Below are positions 1-10,500 of a stretch of DNA of 64,000 bases, in pieces. Location: contig NZ_JAVJUC010000022.1 of assembly GCF_040219995.1 (NCBI RefSeq), positions 70,417-134,416 of the forward strand, read 5' to 3'. Position 1 is the stretch's first letter. Each line of letters begins with the position of its first letter. The translations under genes and the position numbers were made by a program. Source of the DNA: Roseovarius sp. (lineage in GTDB: Bacteria; Pseudomonadota; Alphaproteobacteria; Rhodobacterales; Rhodobacteraceae). The notes beneath the pieces are model-generated. The model was not told the origin of the DNA and did not search any database. It worked only from the letters and a program-made list of their open reading frames with translations.

Positions 1-417
1 ATGCTCTATACTGCGCTGTGGTCGCTGGTCGGCATCGGCCTCGTGGTCGCGCTGTTCATCCGCTCGGATATCGACATGACCGTGGCCCCGGTGCGCAACC
101 CGACCTATGTCACCTTGTCCGATGGCTCGATCCGCAACACCTATGAGGTCCGGCTGCGCAATAAGCACCACGAGGAGCGGCGCTTCAACCTTGCGGTGAC
201 GGGTGATCCGGCGGTGCGGCTGCAACTCGAAGGCACGCCCTATAGTTCCATCACCGTGCCCGCCGACGAGATGCGCCTGCAAAGGGTCTACCTGATCGCG
301 CCTCCGGGGGCGGAAGCGGCGCGGGACGAGCGTACCGATGTGCGGCTCTGGATCGAGGACACGCTGAACGGCGAGCGCGCCTACAAGGACACGGTATTCA
401 ACGGAAAGGACAACTGA
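1..417 (+). CDS. ccoG: Cytochrome cbb3 oxidase accessory protein CcoG/FixG, C-terminal part (truncated by window start)
   Basis: TM segment then Ig-like domain with GSIRNTYEVRLRNK; first gene of a ccoGHIS-type run. Confidence 0.85.
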   Translation: MLYTALWSLVGIGLVVALFIRSDIDMTVAPVRNPTYVTLSDGSIRNTYEVRLRNKHHEERRFNLAVTGDPAVRLQLEGTPYSSITVPADEMRLQRVYLIAPPGAEAARDERTDVRLWIEDTLNGERAYKDTVFNGKDN

Positions 418-872
418 TGACCGAGCGTCAGATCACCGGAAAACACGTGTTCATCGGCTTCGCGTCGGCCTTTGCGATCATCATCGGGGTCAATCTAGTG
501 CTGGCCTTTTCGGCGGTGCGCACCTTTCCGGGGCTGGAGGTCAAGAATTCCTATGTCGCGAGCCAGGAATTCAACGACCGCAAGGCCGCACAGGAGGGTC
601 TGGGCTGGACCATCGCGGCGGATCATGCTGATGGGATGCTGACCCTCGGGATCACCGATGAGGCGGGGGAACCCGTCGAGGTCGCAAGGCTGGAGGCCAC
701 GGTCGGGCGCGCCACGCATGTGCAGGACGACCAAACACCCGAGTTTCGCTTTGACGGCAGCGCCTATGTCGCCCCTGTGGCGCTTGGCGATGGCAACTGG
801 AATATCCGCATGAAGGCGTGGGACGAGGCCGGTACGCTCTTTCAGCAGCGGGTCGTTCTGCACAAGGACTAG
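417..872 (+). CDS. ccoH: FixH/CcoH family protein
   Basis: N-terminal TM, FPGLEVKNSYVASQ motif; lies between ccoG and ccoI. Confidence 0.9.
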   Translation: MTERQITGKHVFIGFASAFAIIIGVNLVLAFSAVRTFPGLEVKNSYVASQEFNDRKAAQEGLGWTIAADHADGMLTLGITDEAGEPVEVARLEATVGRATHVQDDQTPEFRFDGSAYVAPVALGDGNWNIRMKAWDEAGTLFQQRVVLHKD

Positions 873-875
873 GGT

Positions 876-3059
876 ATGACCGCCACCATGCGCCCCACGC
901 CCTCGGCCTGTCCGGCCTGTTCCGCCGCCCCGGCGGCAGAGGCATTGGCGGCGCGCGACCTGCCCAATGCGCAGATCGCCCTGTCGCTGCCGACGATCCA
1001 TTGCTCGGCCTGCATTTCCAAGATCGAGCGGGCGCTGAACGATCATCCGCAGGTCAATTCGGCGCGTGTTAACCTCACGCTCAAGCGCGCCAGCATCGAC
1101 GCCGCGCCCGAGGTGACGGCAGAGGAGATGCGTGCGCTCGTCGAGGGGCTTGGATACGAGGCGCATGAGCTTGATGCGGGCACGCTCAATGCCACCGCGA
1201 CGGACCGCGCGGGGCGCGATCTGTTGATGCGGCTGGCTGTTGCGGGCTTTGCCAGCATGAATGTCATGCTCCTGTCGGTCTCGGTCTGGTCGGGGGCAGA
1301 GGACGCGACGCGGGACATGTTCCACTGGATCTCGGCCGCGATCACGCTGCCCGCGATTGCCTTTTCCGGCGTGCCATTCTTTCGCAATGCCTGGGCTGCG
1401 CTGCGCAACGCACGGCTCAATATGGATGTGCCGATCGTTCTGGCCATCGTTCTGGCCATCGTCACCTCGCTGTGGGAGACGATGCTGTCGGGCGAGCATG
1501 CCTATTTCGACGCCGCCCTTGCGCTGACGTTCTTTCTGCTGGCCGGGCGCTATCTGGATCACCGGACGCGGGCGATTGCCCGTTCGGCGGCGGAGGAATT
1601 GACCGCGCTCGAAGTGCCGCGCGCGACGCGGGTCAGGGACGGCGTCGAAGACGTGGTGAATGTCGCGGAACTGGCGGTGGGCGATCTGATCCTCGTGCGG
1701 CCCGGCGGGCGGATGCCGGTGGATGGCGAGATCGTCAGCGGTACGTCGGAGATCGACCGCTCGCTGCTGACCGGCGAGACGCTGCCGGTCTTTGCAGGCG
1801 AGGGGCAGGCGGTCAGCGCGGGCGAGGTCAATCTCACCGGCCCGCTGACCATCCGTGCCAGTGCCGTTGGGGCCGAGACCTCGCTGCACCGGATGGCCGA
1901 TCTGGTGGCCATCGCGGAATCGGGGCGCTCGCGCTACACCTCGCTCGCTGACCGGGCGGCAAAGCTTTATGCGCCGGGGGTGCATATCCTGTCGGGGCTG
2001 AGCTTCATCGGCTGGTATCTCTATACATGGGACATGCGCACGGCGCTCAACATCGCGGCTGCGGTGCTGATCATCACCTGCCCCTGCGCGCTTGGCCTTG
2101 CAGTGCCTGCGGTGACCACGGCGGCCTCTGGGCGGCTCTTTCGGCGGGGGATGCTGATCAAGCATGAAACAGCGCTGGAACGGCTGGCGCAGGTGGATAC
2201 GGTGGTGTTCGACAAGACTGGCACGCTCACCACCGGCACGCCGCATCTGACCAATCTCGACGCCCTGCCGCGCGCGGCGATGGAGACGGCGCTCGCATTG
2301 GCGCAGGGCTCGTCGCATCCGCTGGCGCAGGCGATCACCAAGGCGGCGCGCGATGCAGGCTTTGCCGCAGCGGAGGTTCGCGACGTGACCGAGGTGCCGG
2401 GCTATGGCACCAAAGGGCTGATTGACGGCCAGGAGGTGCGGCTTGGGCGCGCAAGCTGGACCGGGGCCGAGGGGCTGTCGCAAACCGCGACCTATCTGAA
2501 GATCGGCGATGCGGCCCCGCTGGCGCTGACCTTCACCGATGCCCTGCGCCCCGGCGCGGAAGAGGCGGTGCAGGCGCTGGTTGCACAGGGCAAGCGCGTG
2601 ATCCTGATGTCGGGCGACACCACCCCGGCGGTGGAGGCCTTGGCGCAGCGTCTGGGTATCCCGCATTGGATGGCCGAGGCACTGCCTGCCGACAAGGCGG
2701 CGCGCGTCGAGGCGCTGCGCGGTGAGGGGGCGCATGTGCTGATGGTGGGTGACGGGCTCAACGATACCGCCGCGCTGACGGCGGCGCATGTGTCGATCTC
2801 GCCTGCCACGGCGCTTGATGCCGCACGGGTGGCCTCGGATATCGTGCTTCTGGGCAATGACCTCTCGCCCATCGGGGCGGCCTGCGAGACGGCGAAATCC
2901 GCCACCCGCCGCATCCGTGAGAATTTCCGCATCGCCACGGTCTACAACATTATCGCGGTGCCGCTGGCGGTGGCGGGGCTGGCGACGCCGTTGATCGCGG
3001 CCTTGGCCATGTCGCTCAGTTCGATTACGGTGTCGTTGAATGCCCTGCGACTGAGGTAA
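876..3059 (+). CDS. ccoI: Cu-translocating P1B-type ATPase CcoI/FixI
   Basis: CPAC and CSAC metal motifs, TGE, CPC, DKTGT phosphorylation site, GDGLND. Confidence 0.95.
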   Translation: MTATMRPTPSACPACSAAPAAEALAARDLPNAQIALSLPTIHCSACISKIERALNDHPQVNSARVNLTLKRASIDAAPEVTAEEMRALVEGLGYEAHELDAGTLNATATDRAGRDLLMRLAVAGFASMNVMLLSVSVWSGAEDATRDMFHWISAAITLPAIAFSGVPFFRNAWAALRNARLNMDVPIVLAIVLAIVTSLWETMLSGEHAYFDAALALTFFLLAGRYLDHRTRAIARSAAEELTALEVPRATRVRDGVEDVVNVAELAVGDLILVRPGGRMPVDGEIVSGTSEIDRSLLTGETLPVFAGEGQAVSAGEVNLTGPLTIRASAVGAETSLHRMADLVAIAESGRSRYTSLADRAAKLYAPGVHILSGLSFIGWYLYTWDMRTALNIAAAVLIITCPCALGLAVPAVTTAASGRLFRRGMLIKHETALERLAQVDTVVFDKTGTLTTGTPHLTNLDALPRAAMETALALAQGSSHPLAQAITKAARDAGFAAAEVRDVTEVPGYGTKGLIDGQEVRLGRASWTGAEGLSQTATYLKIGDAAPLALTFTDALRPGAEEAVQALVAQGKRVILMSGDTTPAVEALAQRLGIPHWMAEALPADKAARVEALRGEGAHVLMVGDGLNDTAALTAAHVSISPATALDAARVASDIVLLGNDLSPIGAACETAKSATRRIRENFRIATVYNIIAVPLAVAGLATPLIAALAMSLSSITVSLNALRLR

Positions 3060-3062
3060 GCG

Positions 3063-3221
3063 ATGAATATCCTCACCTACCTGATCCCGATATCGCTCAT
3101 CCTGGGGGGGGTTGGCCTCGTTGCCTTTGTGTACACGGTGCGCAGCAATCAGTATGACGATCCCGAGGGCGACGCGCGGCGCATCCTGTCGGATGACTGG
3201 GACGACCATCCCAAACCCTGA
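3063..3221 (+). CDS. ccoS: cbb3 oxidase maturation protein CcoS/FixS (52 aa, absent from ORF track)
   Basis: Hand translation MNILTYLIPISLILGGVGLVAFVYTVRSNQYDDPEGDARRILSDDWDDHPKP; QYDD motif; directly after ccoI. Confidence 0.9.
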   Translation: MNILTYLIPISLILGGVGLVAFVYTVRSNQYDDPEGDARRILSDDWDDHPKP

Positions 3222-3225
3222 GCCG

Positions 3226-3273
3226 TCTTCATCTTGCCGTAAATATCCCGGGGGTTTGGGGGCTGGCCCCCAA
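3226..3273. repeat. Short intergenic element with GC hairpin (cttcatcttgccgtaaatatcccggggg...gggggctggccccc)
   Basis: Hairpin seen between convergent ccoS and carboxypeptidase genes; resembles, from recall, a dispersed Rhodobacterales repeat; only one copy in this window. Confidence 0.35.
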
Positions 3274-3284
3274 TCACCCCGTAA

Positions 3285-4766
3285 TCAGCTTGGCCCGATC
3301 ATGAAGCAGGTCATCTGCTTGGCCTGCAACCGGCGGCAGGCGAGGTCGGCGCTGTCGCGGGTCATGCCCATGAAATTTGCGTCGAACCCGGTGGGCCGTT
3401 TCACGACCTTGCGCAGGCTGCCGTCGAGCGTGGCCATTTCGCTGAGAGCGGTCTGCAAGAGCACCTGACGGGCCTTGTACTCGCTGGGGAAGCGGCCCAC
3501 GTTCACGCCCCAATGCCGCCCGCCGGAAGTGGAGACGCGGGTCACGACCTCTGCCACCGGGTCCGTGGCCTCGGCGCTGGCAAGCGTGACGTCCTTGGGG
3601 CGAGGTTCTGGCCGGATGGCAGCATTTACAGCCTCGGCGATAGCTGTGCTGCCCTGTGCGGTTTGGGTGGCGGTCTCGTCCGGAGTGCCAGTCTCGACGG
3701 TGCTGTTCTGCGCCGCAAGCAGCGCGCGTTCGATGTCGCCGCTGTCGGCGATGAGCACCGGTGTGGTCTCTGCGCCGGGTCGGGGGCGGGGGCGCAGGCT
3801 TTTGCGGACGGCGGCGGCAGCGGCGAGGCGCACGGTTTTGCCGGCAAGCTCAGGGCGCGCGCCACCTGCGGCGATCATAACCGGCTGGCTGCCCATCTTG
3901 CCCAGATAGGCCGGGCGGGCCGGGCGGGCGAGGGCCACGCGGCTCGGTGCCTTGCCGAAGCCCAGGTCGAGCAATTCCGCCACCTTGGCATTGCGCGAAG
4001 TGGTCGAATTGCCGCCGAAAACCGTGGCGATGATCCGTTCGCCGCCGCGTTCGGCACTGGCCGTGAGGTTGAAGCCCGCCGCGCGGGTATAGCCCGTCTT
4101 GATCCCGTCCGCGCCGCTGTAACTCTGGAGCAGGCGGCGATTGGTATGGCTGACAGAGCGCACGCCCGCATGCGTCGTGATGCGCGAGAAGAGATTGTAA
4201 TAGTCGGGATAGTCGTAGAACAGGTGCCGCCCCAGGATCGTCATGTCGCGCGCGGTGGACAAGTGCCCGCTCTCGGTCAGGCCATGGGCGTTCTTGAACG
4301 TGGTGCGTGTCATCCCGAGCGCCTTGGCGGTGCGGTTCATGCGCCGGGCAAACTGTGCCTCGGACCCCTCGATCGCCTCGGCAAGGGCAGTGGCGGCGTC
4401 ATTGGCGGATTTGACCGCCGCCGCGCGGATCAGGTAGCGCAGGGCGATGGTCTGGCCCGGGCGCAGGCCGAGCTTGCTGGGCGGTTCGCTGGCCGCGAAT
4501 TTGGAAATCCGCACCTTGTCGTCAAGGCTGATCTCGCCGTTCTCGACCGCTTCGAACACGACATAGAGCGTCATCATCTTGGTGAGTGAGGCGGGGTGCA
4601 GTCGCGTATCGGCATTGCGCGCATAAAGCACCTTGCCGTTGCGTGCATCCATCACCAGACCCGCGTAGGGTGCTGCAGCCGCGCTCAACGGCACGATCAC
4701 CAACATCCAGAAGGTCGCGAACGCCACCAACCCCCAACGGATCGGCTGCCTGCCCCGTGTTTTCAT
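3285..4766 (-). CDS. D-alanyl-D-alanine carboxypeptidase (peptidase S11) with C-terminal SPOR-like domain
   Basis: SLTK (SxxK), SAN (SxN) and KTG motifs; signal peptide; low-complexity linker. Confidence 0.92.
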   Translation of the reverse strand: MKTRGRQPIRWGLVAFATFWMLVIVPLSAAAAPYAGLVMDARNGKVLYARNADTRLHPASLTKMMTLYVVFEAVENGEISLDDKVRISKFAASEPPSKLGLRPGQTIALRYLIRAAAVKSANDAATALAEAIEGSEAQFARRMNRTAKALGMTRTTFKNAHGLTESGHLSTARDMTILGRHLFYDYPDYYNLFSRITTHAGVRSVSHTNRRLLQSYSGADGIKTGYTRAAGFNLTASAERGGERIIATVFGGNSTTSRNAKVAELLDLGFGKAPSRVALARPARPAYLGKMGSQPVMIAAGGARPELAGKTVRLAAAAAVRKSLRPRPRPGAETTPVLIADSGDIERALLAAQNSTVETGTPDETATQTAQGSTAIAEAVNAAIRPEPRPKDVTLASAEATDPVAEVVTRVSTSGGRHWGVNVGRFPSEYKARQVLLQTALSEMATLDGSLRKVVKRPTGFDANFMGMTRDSADLACRRLQAKQMTCFMIGPS

Positions 4767-5017
4767 AGAACCGCTCTTTTACTGCCTCGCGCCGCCGATT
4801 TTTCGGCTGGCTTGTTTTATTATTGAACGATAGCACAATAGGGTTTTCTTTTAAAGCATTCGTTTGCAACGAGTTTTTGAACGTGCGGCCGGATTCTGGG
4901 ACAACATGTAGTATGTGTTGCGGGTTGGCCCCTCAAGATGAACCTCGAACCGGGAACAGTCAGGGGTTGCACGTGTCATAAGACATCTGTCCCGCGCCAG
5001 GGCACCGGCCTGATTTT

Positions 5018-5785
5018 TCAGCGGGATTGTTCGTGCTCGAAGCGCTGCCGCGCGATCGCCTCGTTGCGGTCGGCCTTTTGCTGATCGGCGAGGGCCTTTT
5101 CCACGTAGTTGAGATGGGCGTTAATGGCGGCGCGGGCAGCATCGGGATCGCGCGCCTGAATCGCGACATTGATCGCGCGGTGCTGATCGAGCAGGGCACC
5201 GCGCGTGGTACGCTGCTTGAACATCACCTGACGATTGTAGAACACACCCTCGCGCAGAAGCTGGAACATTGAGCGCATCATGTGCAGCATGATCACGTTG
5301 TGGCTGGCCTCGATGATCGCCATGTGAAACTCGGCATCGAGCCGCGCCTCATCCGCCGGATTGGTCTTTTTATGCGCGGCTTCCATCTTGTCCATGATCG
5401 TCTGGATCACCTGCAAATCGGTATCCGAGGCGAGGCGCGCGGCGCGGCAGGCGGCCAGCCCCTCGAGATCGCGGCGAAAGCCGATATAATCGAACACCGC
5501 CTCGTCGTGATCGGCGAAAAGCCGGATCAGCGCGTCGGAAAAGGCGCTGCCGAGGACATCGGCGACATAGATGCCCGCCCCGGCGCGGGTTGTCAGCAGG
5601 CCCTTGTCCTGCAAATCGGCGATGGCCTCGCGCAGGGACGGGCGCGAGACGCCCAGTTTGTCGGCCAATTCCCGCTCAGCGGGCAGGCGTTCGCCGGGGC
5701 GCAGGATCCCGCGCAGGATCAATTTCTCGATCTGCCGTGTCACCGCAGTAGAGAGTTTCTCGGGTGTTACCTTTTGAAATGGCAT
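5018..5785 (-). CDS. GntR/FadR-family transcriptional regulator (PdhR/LldR/GlcC-like)
   Basis: LRPGERLPAERELADKLGVSRPSLREA wHTH plus FCD domain; start moved to MPFQK. Confidence 0.92.
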   Translation of the reverse strand: MPFQKVTPEKLSTAVTRQIEKLILRGILRPGERLPAERELADKLGVSRPSLREAIADLQDKGLLTTRAGAGIYVADVLGSAFSDALIRLFADHDEAVFDYIGFRRDLEGLAACRAARLASDTDLQVIQTIMDKMEAAHKKTNPADEARLDAEFHMAIIEASHNVIMLHMMRSMFQLLREGVFYNRQVMFKQRTTRGALLDQHRAINVAIQARDPDAARAAINAHLNYVEKALADQQKADRNEAIARQRFEHEQSR

Positions 5786-5802
5786 ACGCGCGCCCCTTAA
5801 AA

Positions 5803-5825
5803 ATTGGTTATACGATATGACCAAT
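5803..5825. promoter_or_regulatory. Inverted repeat ATTGGT-N11-ACCAAT, candidate autoregulatory operator of the FadR-type regulator
   Basis: Palindrome about 20 nt upstream of the start; half-sites resemble FadR-subfamily TTGGT/ACCAA boxes, but the spacer is longer than the usual N3. Confidence 0.5.
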
Positions 5826-5851
5826 ATTTCTTTGCGGCAAGCGGCGTGATA

Positions 5852-6463
5852 TCAGAACTCCACCCCCGGCTGCGCCTTGACGCCTTGACTGCGGAATGGG
5901 TGCTTGATCTCTTTCATCTCGCTGACGAGATCGGCGAGGTCGATCAACTCGGGCTTGGCGCTGCGCCCGGTCAGCACAACATGGGTCATCGGCGGCTTTT
6001 CCTCGGCCAGAAACAGCAGCACGTCGTCGAGGTCGAGATAGTCGTAGCGCAGGGCGATGTTGATCTCGTCCAGCAGCACCATCTTGTTGGCCGCGTCACG
6101 GATCAGTTCCTTGGCCTTTTCCCAGGCGGCCTGCGCCATTTCGGTGTCGCGCTCGCGGTCCTGCGTGTCCCAGGTGAAACCCTCGCCCATGGTGTGGAAG
6201 GCGCAGACATCGCTGAACCGGTCCTTGAGCAGGGTACGCTCACCGCTTGGCATGCTGCCCTTGATGAACTGCACCACGGCGCATTGCATGCCGTTTCCGA
6301 TGCAGCGCATGATCATGCCGAAGCCGGAACTGCTCTTGCCCTTGCCATTGCCGGTATGGACGATGATCAGGCCCTTTTCCTCGGTCTTGGTCGCCATGAT
6401 CTTGTCACGGGCGGCTTTGATGCGCTTCATCTTTTCCTTGTGGACTTCGGGGTCGAGGGCCAT
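5852..6463 (-). CDS. cobO: Cob(I)yrinic acid a,c-diamide adenosyltransferase
   Basis: GLIIVHTGNGKGKSSS P-loop, LLDEINIAL, HPF..G..AQPGVEF; start moved to MALDPE. Confidence 0.95.
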   Translation of the reverse strand: MALDPEVHKEKMKRIKAARDKIMATKTEEKGLIIVHTGNGKGKSSSGFGMIMRCIGNGMQCAVVQFIKGSMPSGERTLLKDRFSDVCAFHTMGEGFTWDTQDRERDTEMAQAAWEKAKELIRDAANKMVLLDEINIALRYDYLDLDDVLLFLAEEKPPMTHVVLTGRSAKPELIDLADLVSEMKEIKHPFRSQGVKAQPGVEF

Positions 6464-6710
6464 GCGTTCTCTCCTGCGTCTCGGTGCTTTGCGGGGGACT
6501 TTTGGCCGAGATGCGCAGGTGTGCAAGGGTTTTCGGCGCGCGTGACACGCCTTTGTCAACCGTTACGGGGGCAGGGTTTGCCATGAGCCATGCGATGATC
6601 CCTGTCCTTGCTTGCCGCCGCGATATGCGGCTTGATCGTGCGCGGGTTTGCCGCCAAAAGAACCGCATCGTGAGCCCCGTTGGGTTTGCAGAGCCGAAAG
6701 GGCCAGAATC

Positions 6711-6875
6711 ATGGATTACAAGGCAGCAGGCGCGCCGAAGAAAGGCAGCAATGCCCCGCGTCACAAGGAGCATAACGCCCCCGGGTCGCAAAAGAACCCG
6801 TTCGGCAAGCGACCCACCAAGGAAGAGCTTGTGGCGCGGCTCAAGTCCAAGGCGCAGGCCCCCAAGAAGGCCTAA
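6711..6875 (+). CDS. Small basic hypothetical protein (54 aa)
   Basis: MDYKAAGAPKKGSNAPRHKEHNAPGSQKNPFGKRPTKEELVARLKSKAQAPKKA; genome-typical codon use; fills the gap between cobO and a GNAT gene. Confidence 0.65.
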   Translation: MDYKAAGAPKKGSNAPRHKEHNAPGSQKNPFGKRPTKEELVARLKSKAQAPKKA

Positions 6876-7345
6876 AGCGCTTTTTCCATGAAGATTGACG
6901 AGGGCGCATCGGGATAGTCGCCGAACGGCCCGCAGGGGGTGAAGCCGTGCCGGGCATAGAGACGGTGCGCGGCATGCAGCACGTTGCCGGTTTCAAGCTT
7001 CAGCGCGGCAAGCCCATGCTGACGGGCCTCCTCCTCGATGCGGCGCAGGATCGCGTCGGCCACCCCGCGCCCGCGCGCGGCCTCGTCGACGAACATGGAT
7101 TTCACCTCGCCATAGCCGTCGCGCAGGGCAAGCGCGCCGGTGCCGAGGCAGGTCGCCCCCTCCATCGCCGTGAAAAACCGGATGTCGGGCGCGCAGAGCG
7201 CGTCGATATCGAGAAAGAAGTTGTCCTCGGGCGGGAACAGCGACTGCATCAGCGTGTGGCTTGCGTTGAGCAGCGCGGTCGCGCCTGGCTCTCTGGGGTC
7301 GGCGGCGGTGATAAGGTACGGTGTTTCGGTGACGGGCACGGGCAT
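6872..7345 (-). CDS. GNAT family N-acetyltransferase
   Basis: EVKSMFVDEAARGRGVA acetyl-CoA motif, LETG, LYARHGF. Confidence 0.9.
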   Translation of the reverse strand: MPVPVTETPYLITAADPREPGATALLNASHTLMQSLFPPEDNFFLDIDALCAPDIRFFTAMEGATCLGTGALALRDGYGEVKSMFVDEAARGRGVADAILRRIEEEARQHGLAALKLETGNVLHAAHRLYARHGFTPCGPFGDYPDAPSSIFMEKAL

Positions 7346-7543
7346 TTGCGGTCTCTTCAATGGGAAGTGTGGGCAAGATTAGCAGGCCCGCCATGGGGTG
7401 CAAGTGATGCATTGCCGGCGGAAATCCGCAATATCATGTGGATAACTGGCCCACTCGCCCCATATCCTGTGGTTGGTCGTTGACAGAATCGCGGCGGGCT
7501 GGTCACATTCTGCTTTGATGGAATCGCCAGACCCGAGGTGCGC

Positions 7544-10500
7544 GTGCAGTTCTCCAAACTCCGATTGACCGGCTTCAAGAGCTTTGTCGACCCGACCGAC
7601 CTGATCATCGCCGATGGTCTGACCGGGGTGGTGGGGCCGAACGGCTGTGGCAAGTCGAACCTGCTGGAGGCGCTGCGTTGGGTGATGGGCGAGAACCGCC
7701 CCTCTGCGATGCGCGGCGGCGGGATGGAGGACGTGATCTTTGCCGGGGCTGCGACGCGCCCGGCGCGCAATTTTGCCGAGGTGGTGATCCATCTCGACAA
7801 TTCCGACCGGCTGGCCCCGGCCGGGTTCAACGATGCCGATCATCTGGAAATCGTGCGCCGGATCACCCGTGACGTGGGCAGCGCCTATAAAGTCAACACC
7901 AAGGATGTGCGCGCGCGCGATGTGCAGATGCTTTTTGCCGATGCCTCGACCGGCGCGCATTCGCCCGCGCTGGTCCGGCAGGGACAGATCTCGGAACTGA
8001 TCAACGCCAAGCCGAAATCGCGGCGGCGTATTCTGGAAGAGGCGGCGGGGATTTCTGGACTCTACCAGCGCCGCCACGAGGCGGAGTTGAAGCTGCGCGC
8101 GGCGGAGACCAATCTGACCCGCGTCGATGATGTGGTCGAACAACTGGCCGCGCAATTAGCGCAACTGGCGCGGCAGGCCAAGCAGGCGGCGCGCTATCGC
8201 CAGATCGGCGAGGAATTGCGGCTGGCTGAGGGGTTGTTACTTTATCGCCGCTGGAAAGAGGCGGATCAGGCACGCGCGCGGGCCGAGGAGGAATTGCGCG
8301 AGCGCACCACGGCGGCAGCACGCGCCGAAACGGCGGCGCGTGCTGCCGCCCGCGCCCGTGCAAAGGCCGACGACGCCCTGCCCGCCCTGCGCGAGGAAGA
8401 GGCGATCGCGGGGGCGATCCTGCAACGGCTGACCGTGCAGCGCGACACCCTGTCGGAACAAGAGGCCAATGCCCGCGACCGGATCGAGACGCTGGAGGGA
8501 CGCATCGCGCAGCTTGCCCGCGATATCGAGCGTGAGACCGGCCTCAACCACGATGCCGGCGAGACGATCAAACGCCTCGACTGGGAGGCGGCGGAACTGG
8601 CCAAGGGGGCCGAGGGGCACGAGGCCCGCCTAGAGGCCGCGCAGGAGGAAGCGCGCGACGCCGCCCGCGTGTTGCAGCAGCGCGAAAGCGATCTGAGCCA
8701 GATGACAGAGGACATGGCCCGGCTCTCGGCGCGGCACCAATCGGCGCAGCGCCTGATCGAGGATTGCCGCAAGACGCTGGCCAAGAGCGAGGCCGAGGCC
8801 GAACGCGCCCGCGCGGCACAGAGCCAATCGCGCGAGGCGCTGCGCAAGGCCGAGACCGATCAGGCGGCGGCGGCCAAGGCCGAAGCCGAGGCGGTGGCGG
8901 CAGCAGAGGCCGCCGAGGCCGCGCTTGTCACCGCCGACGAGGCCCGCGCAGAGGCGCAGACCCGCGAGGCCGAGGCCCGCGCGGCCCGGTCCGAGGCCGA
9001 GGGCGAGGTCAACGCCCTGCGCGCCGAGGTCACGGCGCTGGCGAAACTGGTCGAGCGCGACACCGCCGAGGGCGGGCAGATCATGGACCGCCTGCAGGTG
9101 CAGCAGGGCTTCGAGAAAGCGCTTGGTGCGGCGCTTGCCGACGATCTGCGCGCGCCCGAGGTCGAGGCCGATGGCCCCTCGGGCTGGACCATTCTGCCGG
9201 GATACCAGACGCCGCAGCCCCTGCCCGAGGGGGTCACCGCGCTAACCAACCACGTCTCGGTGCCCGAGGTTCTGGCGCGCCGCATGTCGCAGATCGGTCT
9301 GGTAGATGCCGAGGATGCGCCGCGTTTGCAACCGCTCCTGAAACCCGGTCAGCGGCTGGTCAGCACCGAGGGTGATCTGTGGCGGTGGGACGGGTTTCGG
9401 GCCTGGGCCGAGGATGCGCCTTCGGCAGCGGCACTCCGCCTGCAACAACTGAACCGACTGGAAGAGTTGAAGCAGCAGCTGGAACATGCCACCGCGCGCG
9501 CCGACGGGGCGATGCGCGCGCATGAGGCGCTGCGTGAGCAACTGGCAGCCTGCACCGAAAAGGACCGTGCTGCGCGCGAGGCGCGCCGGGCAGCGGATGC
9601 CGCCGTCAACGAGGCCAATCGCGCCCTGAGCCGGGCCGAGGCCGACAGCAACCTTGCCGGATCGCGGCTCGAGTCCTCGAGCCTCGCGGTAACGCGCCAC
9701 GAGGAAGAGGCGATGGCGGCGCGCAAGGGGCTGGCAGAGGCCGAAAAGGGGCTCTCCGGGCTGGGCGATCTGGAGGCCACGCGCGCCGATCTCGAAGACA
9801 TCAAGATGACCGTCGAGGCCGCGCGCATGACGATGATGGCGCGCCGCTCGGCAGCGGATGAGTTGCGCCGCGACGGAGAACGTCGGACCCGCCGCAGCCA
9901 GGAAATCGCCAAGGAAATCAGCGGTTGGCGACACCGGCTGGAGACCGCCGAGAAACGCAGTGCTGAGCTGGCAGAGCGCAAGGATGCATCAGAGGCGGAA
10001 CTGGCCGAGGCGAGTGCCACGCCGGAGATCCTCGCCGCAAAGCGCGCGGAACTGAGCGAAGAGATCACCCGCAGCGAGGCGCGCCGGGCACAGGCCGCCG
10101 ATGCGCTCTCGACCGCCGAAGGGGCGGCGCGGCAGGCCGGGCTCAATGAGCGCGAGGCCGAGCGGCAGGCGTCGGAGGCCCGCGAGGCCCGCGCCCGCGC
10201 CGAGGCGCGTGTCGATGCCGCGCGCGAGACCCGAGATCTGGCCGCCGAGCGGATTGGCGAGGCCATGGACACCACGCCCGACGCCCTGCTCGAAAGCCTT
10301 GGGGCCGACCCTGACACCATGCCCGGCTCCGACGCCATCGAGGGGGATGTGAACCGTCTCAAACGGCAACGCGACGCGCTCGGCGCGGTGAACCTGCGCG
10401 CCGAAGAGGATGCCAAAGAGGTGCAGGAAGAGCATGACACGCTGGTCACGGAAAAGGCCGATCTGGAAGAGGCGATCAAGACGCTGCGGGGCGGGATTGC

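Noticed and set aside
495-3209. 904 aa minus-strand ORF
   Set aside because: Antisense shadow of ccoH/ccoI with Arg/His/Gln-rich composition and no motifs; expected from high-GC codon bias.
6559-6572. GCCCCCGTAACGGT upstream of cobO resembling the B12 box of a cobalamin riboswitch
   Set aside because: The upstream GGGAA..GGTG..AATCC core and the downstream AGYCAG element are not recognisable. An Rfam scan would settle it.
8200-10300. Recurrent gccgaggcc/gcgcgc motifs in smc as a possible tandem repeat or CRISPR array
   Set aside because: These are Ala/Glu/Arg codons of the coiled coil; there is no fixed repeat-spacer period.
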